64,000 bases of DNA. Origin: the human T2T-CHM13v2.0 reference genome, Homo sapiens. The position numbers and the translations under genes were made by a program. Below the pieces are notes generated by a model. That model was not told where the DNA came from and did no database searches. It worked only from the letters and a program-made list of their open reading frames with translations. The stretch lies in NCBI RefSeq assembly GCF_009914755.1, contig NC_060925.1; one strand, given 5' to 3'. Shown here in pieces: positions 53,966-64,000 of this stretch. Within the stretch, counting starts at the first letter, position 1; each line of letters starts with the position of its first letter.

Positions 53966-54075
53966 CAATCTGCTTTTTAGGTAAATAAAAAAAAATGAGG
54001 ACAAAATCAGAAACTCTCCCGGAAAAATATGAATCTGGGGACTCAGTATTTTAATGTATAAAATACATTATTTTA

Positions 54076-54386
54076 GGCCGGGTGTGGTGGCTCACACCTG
54101 TAATCTCAGCACTTTGGGAGGCCGAGGCAGGCAGATCACTTGAGGTCAGGAGTTCGAGACTAGCCTGGCCAACATGATGAAACCCCGTCTCTACTAAAAA
54201 TACAAAAATTAGCCAGGCATGATGGTGGCACATGCCTGTAATCCCAACTACTCTGGAGACTGAGGCAGAAGAATCGCTTGAACCTGGGAAGCGGAGGTTG
54301 AGGTGAGCCGAGATTGTGCCACTGGACTCCAGCCGGGCGACAGAGACTATGTCTCAAACAAAACAAAACAAAACAAAACCAAAAAA
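54076..54386 (+). mobile_element. AluSz/Sx with (CAAAA)n tail
   Basis: TSD AAATACATTATTTTA / AACTGCATTATTTTA. Confidence 0.96.
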
Positions 54387-55332
54387 ACTGCATTATTTTA
54401 TACAGACATTTACATTTCATGCCAAAACAGATATCTGGCATAAAATGTAAAAATGTAAGACTACGTCTTACATTTAGAATCTAGTGACGTCTTAGATTAT
54501 TGTGATTTCCCAAATTTCACTCAATCAAAATGTATAGTGTTTCATTTTCCCTGTGTGGTATTTATCAGTGGGTATGAAGCTAGAAGATGAGTGTTGTGTG
54601 TTCTTGTTTTTGGACGTTTACAATTGCTGGTTGCATTTGTTATAAACAGCTCTATTCTATTTAGGGAGCTGGTGATCAATAAGGCAGATAATATTTTCAT
54701 AATATTCAAAAAGACTAATGTTGTAAAGACAGCCTGTTGAGGGGGTCTCTGTTTTCTTAGCAGCTTCACAATTTCCTGCAGGCTGTCTCCCATCCAGGCT
54801 CTTTTCTTTGCTGGGTCTGTCCTCTGTTCCAAGCACCAGAAGAATCATACCCAGTCATTTGCTAACACTGGAGAAAAAAAAAAAAAAGAGTGTCACTTCT
54901 GGTAGAACGAGGGGGGGAGAAACATTCATGGCAAGATTTTCTTTTTCCATATTTCCAAACAGTGGGGGGAAAATAATGGAATGTTTGCCTTGAATTTTGT
55001 GTTGCTTTGGCTGCAATGAAGAGATAGTTTCTTGAAGGCAAAAATCTGTCTTTTGTCTTATTATTGCCATCTTCAATCACGGGAAAATCTGTTCTAGCTG
55101 GCGGTTTTGCATTATTACTTTTTTGCCCTCAAATCTGTCGCTTGTACCAATTGTGGCGTTTCTTGATTCAAATGTGGATTCGAAGGGCATGGTGAAGAAA
55201 GTGGCTGTGACTTATGAAATGGATCAGAATGACCTGCCTCCTCTTCCCTCATTGTCTCCTCTTCACAGAGAGGTCTGGGAAGCCCTGACCTGGCTCAGGT
55301 GCTCAGGATCCCAGCTATGGGGTGAAGCATGC

Positions 55333-55717
55333 GGACATGGTTTGGCTCTGTGTCCCCAATCAAATCTCACCTCGAATTGTAATCCCCACATGTCCAGGGA
55401 GGGACCTGTAATCCCCATGTGTAGAGGGAGGGAGGTGACTGGATCATGGGGTTGGTTTCCCTCTTGCTATTCTCATGATAGTGAGTGAGTTCTCATTAGA
55501 TCTGATGGTTTTATAAGCGTCTGGCATTTTTCTTGGCTCGCGCTTCCCTCTCTTGCTGCCATGTGAAGGTTTTTGCTTCCCCTTTGCCTTCCACCATGAG
55601 TGTAAGTTTCCTGAGGCCTCCCCAGCCATGTGGAACTGTGAGTCAATTAAAACTCTTCTTTATAAGTTACCCAGTCTCAGCTATGTCTTTATAGCAATCT
55701 GAAAACGGACGAATACA
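55333..55717 (+). mobile_element. THE1D-like solo LTR with an internal tandem duplication of about 29 bp
   Basis: ATGGTTTGGCTCTGTGTCCCC...AAACGGACGAATACA. TGTAATCCCCA...GGGAGGGA occurs twice. Confidence 0.9.
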
Positions 55718-56679
55718 GATTCCCAGGCCTCATCTCAGAAGCTCCCTCTTAATAGACAGAAAGTTCAAAACAGTCCACACACCACAGAGCTTGGAGGAGT
55801 CCCCTCTCTACCCTTTTGCCTTCATCAAAATCACTTTTTAAATGAACAGAGAGGCATGAGATATTGTCATTTTGGTAATTCCATTCTGGGAACATAACTT
55901 GTTTTTCTAATCGGGCCTATAGGGGGAATCAGAGATAGATGCACTTGAACTCCTTCCCTGAGCCCATTTCCCTGAAACCCTCAGGCCTTCCCTTAGCCTT
56001 TTCTTTCTTCTCTACAAAGCCCATGGTGACAAGATAGGTGTCTGTTTAGGGAGGGAGCAAAGCTGGAGCTCTCTCCTGTCTATCCCCACCTTAAGATTAC
56101 TGGGAATCATTTCTAACTCCCCACCAGCTCCACTTCTCCCCACTAGCAAGAGATTCACCAGAACTTTGACTTGAATTTCTCATACTTTAAAAATAAACAA
56201 CCATAGGGTGCATGTTTTTGAGAAGATTACTTTCCTTGATGCAATAGTCTCAAATGTAATAGTTGGTTCACACTAGCCACTCAGTGGTATTTGTTATGTG
56301 AATGAACAAATAAATAAGTGGTAGGGCACAAAAGGCCCCTAAGTATTGGCTGACTTTGTGAGAAGCCTGAGAAAGATTTGTGGCATCCCAGGCTGGGAAG
56401 GAGGATGAGACAGTGGGGCTTGCCTGTGAAGCACTCTGGGTGAAGCCATGCTTTGCAAGATGGAAAGAAGTTACTAGGCAAGAACAAATAAATGATCCTC
56501 ATTCCTGCCACCCTGGCATGGTGCCAGATTCAGGGTTTTCAGAAGCAGGTGAAAAAATTTGATAAAACAGGTTGATTTTCTCTTTCCAAAACAAAGATCT
56601 GATTCAATCAAAATGAATTAAATTTGAGGCAGTGGTTCATATTTACCTGTATTTGATTTAAATGTTTGTGTGTGGGTGT

Positions 56680-56950
56680 GAATATATATAGTTCATGTGT
56701 CTTAAAGAGTAAATATATATATATTTCTTATTAAGAATAATATATATTTACTCCTATTATACATTTATGTATTTATAAAACATATGTAAATATATATAAA
56801 TTTATAAACATATTTAAATATATTATATATTTATATTTGTATATATTATATATTGCATATATTTATATATTCATAAATATATATATGTTTACTATATGTA
56901 AATATATATTTATGTATTAAACTATAGAAAATATATATTTATATACTTAT
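56680..56950. repeat. AT-rich degenerate (TA)n region
   Basis: Interrupted TATATA arrays. Confidence 0.9.
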
Positions 56951-57287
56951 GGACCATGCTGCTCCGACACTTGGCCTGGAGTTGGAAGGTCAGGACTAGA
57001 TTCTGTGCTGGGAGCACAGGATGGAGGCTGTGGGTCTGTTGGCTGGCCTGTTGGGTCAGTGACAGCTTCATTCAGTGCCTCACGTGGCTTCCTGAGGATG
57101 AAGCTCCTTAGATGACAAACTTAATGGTGTCTGAAGATTCTCAGAACTTCATGCCTCCACAATGGATTCTGTCCTCTCTCTATGATTCTTTGGTTGTTTA
57201 AATGGTCATCTCCATTTAATGCTATATTGAGTTTCTAAGAGGCTGGAGAAAAATTCTCATTCCTCCAAATAAAACTTCCAGTCTTTA

Positions 57288-57452
57288 TTATTCTTTTTTT
57301 CCTTCATTTCTTTTCTTCCTTCCTTTTTTCCTTCCTTCCCTCTTTCCCTTCCCTTCCCTCCCTCCCTCCCTTCCTTCCTTCTTTTCTTTTCTCTTTTCCC
57401 CTCCCTCCCTCCCTTCCTTCCTCTCTCTCTCTTTCTTTCTTTTCTTTTCTTT

Positions 57453-57499
<47 letters not shown>

Positions 57500-57582
57500 C
57501 TTTCTTTCTTTCTTTCTCTTTCTTTCTTTCTTTCTTTCTCTTTCTTTCTTTCTTTCTTTCTCTTTCTTTCTTTCTTTCTTTC

Positions 57583-57674
<92 letters not shown>

Positions 57675-57762
57675 TTTCCCTCCCTCCCTCCCTCCCTCCA
57701 TTCCTTCTTCCTTCCTTCCTTCCTCTCTTTCTCTCTCTCTTTTTTTTTCTTTTTTTTTTTTC
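57288..57762. repeat. Compound polypyrimidine microsatellite (TTCC/CCCT/TTTC)n in the position of an Alu tail
   Basis: About 470 bp, almost purine-free on the + strand, abutting the Alu 3' end. Confidence 0.97.
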
Positions 57763-58018
57763 CAGAGTCTCGCTCTGTCACCCAGGCTGGCTCACTGCAA
57801 CCTCTGCCTCCTGGGTTCAAGTGATTCTCCTGTCTCAGCCTCCCTAGTAGCTGGGATTACAGGCACCTGCCACTGCACCCAGCTAGTTTCTCTTTTTTAG
57901 TAGAGAGGGGGTTTTGCCACATTGCCCAGGCTGGTTTCAAACTTCTGAGCTGAGGCGTTCTGCCTGCCTCGGCCTCCCAAAGTGCTGGGATTACAGGCGT
58001 GAGCCATTGCGCCCGGCC
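57763..58018 (-). mobile_element. AluS with an internal deletion of about 20 bp
   Basis: CAGAGTCTCGCTCTGTCACCCAGGCTGG|CTCACTGCAACC...GCGCCCGGCC. Confidence 0.93.
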
Positions 58019-58524
58019 TGGTGTTTCTAACATAAAAATCTCTAAATTCAATGAAAGAGTAACATTTTATAGTCTTCTTTGGGGCTCTTCAGGATCCCCA
58101 AGAGAAGAGGTTTTCTTAGAGTTGATGTTTCAATTTTCTGGGGTTTTCTATTTCCCAGGTCATGACCTGAGGCTCAGATCAAAGTTAAGGTCTTTGGGAA
58201 GCAAAGATATACCCATTTCTTAGCCAGAGGTAGTAGATGCCAAGCAAAAATTGCAAAGGACTTTTCTCATTAGTTTTCTCTAGCTCCCTCGCAGCCTTAG
58301 AGTTTGGGGGCTTTATTTCATAGAATTTTCCTAATGGAGAGAGCAAGAGGTACCCTTTATATTTTCCCCATGGAGATCAGAGCCACGTGGTCTGTTGGTA
58401 TGAGAGTTCTTGCAAATACAGAGGCTTAACTGCAGTGAGTAAAGATGATGTGGTTTGTGGAGTCTGAGAGATCTCTGACACTCTCCAGAACTGTGTCCTG
58501 TTGTGTTAGTGGAACCTCCAACTA

Positions 58525-58740
58525 TCCGATAATAACATTAACTTACACATGCTATAGCTTACAAAGCACAGCAGGCAGATTTACCTCACACAAACCCAGT
58601 AGGGCAGATATTATTATTTTTTCCTACTTTGTAAATGAAGAAATCTCAGACATAGCTTGTCCAAAGCCACACAGCTGGCTGAAGACAGAGTCAGGGTTCA
58701 GAGCAGGGCTGCTGGCCCCAGACCCTGTGCTCTGTCACTA
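58525..58740 (-). mobile_element. MIR
   Basis: TTTGTAAATGAAGAAA...CTTGTCCAAAGCCACACAGCTGG...CAGAGTCAGGGTTCA. Confidence 0.75.
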
Positions 58741-59063
58741 GTTCAGAGGTTGCTGTCCTGATGCTGCTACTGCAACTGCACCATGTGACCTCACCTCCTG
58801 GGTAACCCTCATCAGACACCCGAAGCTTCAGAGGTACTTTGAGCAGTTACTGCTCCTGGGGAGAGGGTAAACACCTGGCCATGGGCAGAAGTTAGGACCA
58901 GGAACCATGAGAAGGGGTGGCAGCAGAGGTGAAGTCAGGTTGCTGGTCTTTTATTTTTTATCCTTCCTAATTCCAAGCTGGCCTTGATGTTATACCTAAC
59001 ATCCAAGCGGCTTCATCTCCTATCTTCGAATGATTGATTTTTTTTGAGAATTTTTTTTTTTCT

Positions 59064-59383
59064 GGCCAGGTGTAGTAGCTCACGCCTGTAATCCTCTCAC
59101 TTTGGGAGTCTGAGGCAGGTGGATCACTTGAGGTCAGGAGTTCGAGACCAGCCTGGCCAACTGGAGAAACCCTGTCTGTACTAAAAAATACAAAAATTAG
59201 CCGGGCATCATGGTGCATGCCTGTAATCTCAGCTACTTGGGAGGCTAAGGCAGGAGAATCGCTTGAACCCAGGAGGCGCAGGTTGCAGTGAACTGAGATT
59301 GCCCCACTGTACTCCAGCCCGGGCGACAGAGGGAGACTCTGTCTCAAAAAAAGAAAAACAAAAAAAAGAGAAAAAAGAAAAAA
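59064..59383 (+). mobile_element. AluSz/Sx
   Basis: Dimeric. TSD AA(T)nCT on both sides. Confidence 0.95.
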
Positions 59384-59514
59384 AATTTTTTTCTGTTTCC
59401 CCACTCCACCCATAATTGTTGACTTTCCATGTTTGTAGAGAGAACCAAACTAATTGGGGAGATCAATTTCTCCTATGACTTTGGTCTGTACTGGGAAAGG
59501 TTATTACTATAAGT

Positions 59515-59930
59515 GGCTTTTATTTTTGCTTCTTTTCATTAAGGAAATCAAGGCAATACTGTTCTTTTTTAACTTTAGAAAATACAGAAAAGTAGAAAAA
59601 AGAAAAATGACAATCAGCTAGACTCTGCCCAGTGCGATAATATTTGGTTATATATCCTTCCAGGCATTTATCAATTTTTTCTTCCTTGTCTGCCATTTCT
59701 AACTATCTACACCAAACAGGAATTTCATTTTACAAATTAGGTTGCAACTTGCTGTTCCAGCTTAGTGCACGTGATTCAAGAAACTTTCCCATACTATCAC
59801 ATGGGCTTACAGAACATGGGTTTTTCATGCTGCACAGTATTCCTCAGTGCAGTCTTGCCATCACGTATTAATCCCCTATTTGTGGACATTCAAGTTGTTT
59901 CTGATTTTCCCCTGTTATCAATAAACTGCA
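59515..59930 (-). mobile_element. Ancient L1ME 3' fragment
   Basis: TTAGAAAATACAGAAAAGTA...TATATCCTTCCAG...GGACATTCAAGTTGTTTC. Confidence 0.65.
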
Positions 59931-60469
59931 CCCTCTCAGCAAGTCCCTTGTGGTTTGGTGCCTGTTCTTGTAACTGGGCTCCTGACTTGTTCTGTGTCAT
60001 TGAACCCCCGCCCTGTGCCCCATTTCTGGGAATTGTGTCCCTGCTTGGTTTCCTGCTCAGAGCCTCAGTTCCTTCCAGGGACTGGAGTCCTGTCCCTGAA
60101 ATCCAGTATCTCTCTGTTGCCAGACCTGCAAGGCTGCCAGACCTGCCACGTGGGCTGCCGACACCCTGACTCTCGCCTGCTACCCTGCAGCCCTGGGGCG
60201 ACCATCTGCCTGGCTCCATTCCTGTAGACTCACCAAATCCTTAGATCTTGATGTTCTGTGCTCAGGCCTGATCCCAGCCATTGGAGACCTGGGAAAAGGA
60301 AGAGAGATAGTGGGGCAGGACTGTGGGTCTGGGGAAGGGTGGGCAAGTGTGTGAGTCAGTGGGTGAGGGTGGGGGCAGTAGGAGATGGGAAGGGTGGCTT
60401 GCATTGGGGAACTAGCACCTTTTGGACAGTTTCTAGTTCTCCAACTCATCCTGTTCTCTCATATCTTGT

Positions 60470-61187
60470 TTTTGGCTATCCTGTTGCTTGGTCTGGAACA
60501 TTCTTTCCCTTCCTCTAGGCCCAATTAACAAATCCTTCTCATCCTTCAGGTCTTTGCTTTGATCAGAAGTTCTCAAACTTTCTCTGTCATGGTGCCCTTA
60601 GCTTCTTGGTAGTTTTTTTAATTGCACTTCGAGGCCAAAAGAAATCCTGAAAGTTACTCTGATTATGCAGTTAGGGCTGAACAATATACTCGGTATTTAT
60701 CCCCTCATCACTTAGTAGCCATTTGAAAAACAACTCTTACAAAATGGACGGAAATAGAGTTTTAAAAATTCATTCTTAAAAAGTCACAGTTTCTTACTCA
60801 TGGAATGGACAGAGCTATTGGGCACTGCACACTTTCTCAAGTTTTGGAATCAGGACACTGCACTGACTTTCACACAGTGCTTCTTTTTATCCTAGCAACT
60901 GCTGAAAATTCAGCTTTGTGGATGTAACATTGTTGAACAGAATGTTCTGTGATTTAATGTCAAAATGTACACTATTGCTGAGTGGCCCTCAAAGACTTAA
61001 ACGACCCCACTGAGCCCCTGTGAGGTGATTGTACTGATCTGGGCTCTTTGGGCTCACCATTATGCACTATCTGTTTACATGTCTCTTTTGTATTAATTGT
61101 AACCCCATGAGGGCAGGGACCATGTCTGTCTTGTTCTTCTAGAACCATATTTGGCACATAGTAGGTGCTCAATGAATAAACACTCAT
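60470..61187 (+). mobile_element. L2 3' fragment split by MER119
   Basis: CTGGAACATTCTTTCC...TCATCCTTCAGGTCT before the insert. GAGGGCAGGGACCATGTCTG...TGGCACATAGTAGGTGCTCAAT after it. Confidence 0.8.
60564..61045. mobile_element. MER119-like hAT-Charlie element
   Basis: TTCTCAAACTT...GGTGCCCTTAG...GGCCAAAAGAAAT...CTTAGTAGCCATTTGAAAAA...TTGGGCACTGCAC. Confidence 0.72.
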
Positions 61188-62202
61188 GGAAAGGCAATTT
61201 CCCCAGCCTGGCCTTTAGAAGGCAAGGTTGGAGGAGCTGGAAGCAAAATAGCTGAAGTGCTGGGTTTGGTGAGAGCAAGGACGACACTCCCAATTTCAGA
61301 GGCTCTGGTGGGTAAGGAGGGGAAACGACCAAGGTTACACCAGAGGACATGTGCAAGGGAGACAACGCCAGGTGCTGAGAAGGATGCCGCCGATTACAGA
61401 ATGAGGTTGAGGGAGTGCAAACCATGATAAGAAAAGCCCAAGGAGAGCTTGAAAAGAAGATTGCACAAGAGGTCAAGAAGATAATGAGAAACGCTTCCTG
61501 TACATAAGGAATGTCTGCTCAGGGAGGACGGTGGCAGCGCCCCTTCTGAGACAGAGCAAAGGCAATTTATTGACAGACATAGTTTCTGAAAATTAAATGG
61601 ATCTTTGTCTTGGTATATTCACAAAAGAAGGGCAGAGGACAGATCTCACAAAGACACAAATTTCCCAAGGGATGGAGAAGAAATATCATGGAAGCCATGG
61701 AGGGTGGGTGAAAAAGAGAGGAAAAAAACCCTCTTATTTTTGTAGTGTGGCTTCTGACCTTCTGGGGCTGGCAAACAGGGTCCAAATGGGACATCAAATG
61801 AGGGAACCAATCTCTTATCACTGGCCCTGCTGGCCCCAAAGCTGCCAACTGTTCGGTGCCCACATCAGTCCACAGGGACTTATTTTGTCACATTCTGTTC
61901 CTGGGTCTGAAGCAAACTGCTCCAAACAGGCTTCCTTGCCAAGTCAGGGCAGCGAGAAAGCCATGTGTTTGAAGTTGCTATTAGTGTCTTCCTCAGCTGA
62001 TTTCTATAAGGGATTGTTTTCCGGTAAAGGAGGAATAAGGGAAATACTTCAACAATAACTGCTCTGAGGGAGTGTGTCCAGGGAAATCATTATCTCTTAT
62101 TGTGCCAATAAGTTTCAAGGCAACGAGCCAAGCTGTTCTCAAGCTGGAGCCTGAGCTACAGCTCTGAGGTCAAAACCTGCACCAAAAGGGAGTTCGTGTG
62201 AG

Positions 62203-62216
62203 ATGCCCCCTGGAGA
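62203..62216 (-). promoter_or_regulatory. Candidate CTCF motif in unique sequence
   Basis: Reverse complement TCTCCAGGGGGCAT retains the CCAGGGGGCA core of CCASYAGRKGGCRS. Confidence 0.35.
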
Positions 62217-62309
62217 TGCCCAAACTGTCAGAGGCATGTTTGAGACCAACTGTTTTCCTCATTGTGGGGATCAAGGTTTTAAATTCTGTACTTCCAGGAG
62301 AGAGCAGAT

Positions 62310-62520
62310 ATTATTGTAATAATGATAAAGGATAAGAACTGATATTACTGAGTCCTTGTTCTGTACCAGGCATTGTAATAGACACCTTGTGTATAATCTC
62401 ATTTAAAACTCAGTAAGCAACAATGAGAGTATGATCATCTCCATTTACAGATGAGGAAACTAAGGGCAGGATCCACCTGGGTTTGCCTGTTTACAGAGCT
62501 TAGTTTTCGCCCATGCTGTG
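62310..62520 (-). mobile_element. MIR
   Basis: TTACTGAG...TACCAGGCATTG...ATCTCATTTAA...CCATTTACAGATGAGGAAACT. Confidence 0.8.
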
Positions 62521-62809
62521 ATGGCAAGACATCCACTCAGCCCAGCTAGTATTCCCATTTCCTGAGTATGTCTTACGTGCTCAGCAATGTTTTCAGGAAG
62601 AATGAGGCATGCTCTCCCCTGCAACTTCTCTCAAGGAATTTATTGGAAAGACAAAACTAACTCGGAAGAAACAAGCATCATATTAGGTGCTGAACTGGCC
62701 AAACTGGAAATAAGCACAATTTCAGTAAGAGTGTTAGGGTGTGGCAATATTATTACAAATTGGAAAATCATCCACAGATTTTAGAAAGAAAAGAAATGGG
62801 ATATAAGCC

Positions 62810-62960
62810 CACAGAACAATATAGTCTTAGAGTAATAAAGGATTTGGATATCTTGTGTAATTTTCCCTCTTTTACAGAGGAGGAAATGAAGGCTCAGAAT
62901 GGTTAAGTCACATGGTTTTACTGGAAGAGAGGTGTCTCTAGTAGTCTGTATTCCAGCATT
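62810..62960 (-). mobile_element. MIR/MIR3 fragment
   Basis: TTTTACAGAGGAGGAAATGAAGGCTCAGAATGGTTAAGT. Confidence 0.7.
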
Positions 62961-63171
62961 TACTATTAACTCCCAAACTATCTCATGACTCCCATCCTTC
63001 CTCCTTAAAGGTGGAGAATATGGGGACCAATAAAGGCCTTCCCTACCACTCTACACCAAGTCTCTGTGTATTATATGGGAGAAAGAAGGCCAGAGGGAGC
63101 ACATGGCAGGGGAAAACATTTAAGATGCTAGCCTGTTACCTGGCAGTGTTTTTAAAACAGTGACAGTTGCA

Positions 63172-63174
<3 letters not shown>

Positions 63175-63220
<46 letters not shown>
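63175..63220. repeat. (AC)23 microsatellite
   Basis: Perfect dinucleotide run. Confidence 0.97.
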
Positions 63221-63225
<5 letters not shown>

Positions 63226-64000
63226 AAATAAAAAAGAGGTAGCTTTCTTTCCTTATCTCAACTTTCAGAAGTGTTGAGTGCGTGTTGGGGATTGGGCACT
63301 CACAGGGGTTCTCGCCTGAATTTGCAGATTTTATTTCTAGTTAGAATAGGGTATCTGGCTGGACCTGCCTGACTTTTCTTCTAGTTTTAGTTTTCTAATG
63401 CTTAGAGGGGCTCTTCTCAGTTCTCCCATCCATGGATCGTGGTGGGCTTTGCTGACAGGAGAACGCTGTGGCTGTTAACATGATTTGATTTGCATCCTGA
63501 TTCGGTTCCCCAAATGTCTTCCGGATTCAGAAGTCACATGCAGGACATGTTGCCTTTGGAGAGTCCTTCCCTGGGCTAAGTTTGTCAACTCTCTGTTAAA
63601 AATGAAGACTCTTGGAGGGTAGGTGTTTGGGTGAAGTAATTGATCAGAGCCTCTCCCAGGAAGCAAGAGATAAAGCACCTGCCTGGTGGAGCCTGGGAAG
63701 GGAGGTGGGGAGGGAGGTGGTGACGGTGCCCCGGGGTTCCACAACTCACAGAGGGCCATATTTGCACCTGATGTGCCCAGGTCCCAGCAGGGGGAAGGCA
63801 GGTGGGTCTGTTTGGCTCTTTTAAAAGCACCCGTGTTGCTCCCCTGTGGAAGCCACTCTCCTGGTGGCCCCCTAAAGAGGCAGCTTCGCAGTTAGGATGA
63901 GGCCTCCGGGGCTGCACTAGGGAACTCAAGTGTCAGAAGGTTCTAAGGGAAATAGCGCTTGGAAAGCAGGATTCCACGGTGGCAAAAGTCTGGAGGGTCG

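Noticed and set aside
57257-57820. 187-aa and 137-aa K/E/R-rich ORFs
   Set aside because: Translation of the (GAAA)n/(GGAA)n microsatellite plus Alu sequence; not a gene.
61525-61555. CTCF-like GCAGCGCCCCTTCTGAG
   Set aside because: Mismatches at critical core positions in either register; too weak to call.

Overview
This is 64 kb of primate (simian, probably human or ape) non-coding DNA, either a gene desert or a large intron. I find no credible protein-coding exon, RNA gene, CpG island or CRISPR-like system. Every recognisable ORF in the supplied track comes from a repeat: Alu, L1, THE1-internal, the Tigger1 transposase N-terminus, an ERV-L dUTPase-like remnant, or a microsatellite. A large fraction of the window is transposon fossils: 14 Alus, several L1 and L2 fragments, MIRs, MaLR/ERV LTRs (four THE1, MST, MLT1, MER57, LTR40, LTR41, and a two-LTR LTR16/ERV-L provirus) and DNA transposons (two Tigger1, MER2, MADE1/2, MER5, MER33, MER81, MER102, MER112, MER119). 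Family names come from my memory of consensus sequences and need Dfam/RepeatMasker confirmation. The most notable structures are: (1) a MER2>Tigger1>THE1 nest whose three right-hand ends all stop at one junction, leaving a THE1 5' LTR with a perfect DUX4 motif and no 3' LTR; (2) an internally deleted ERV-L provirus with a readable dUTPase-like frame; (3) three abutting palindromes next to an Alu; (4) an AluY with CpG-asymmetric arms; (5) a convergent pair of CTCF-like motifs; (6) several repeat-free, homeodomain-motif-rich enhancer candidates. None of these is a demonstrated novel biological system; they are testable hypotheses.
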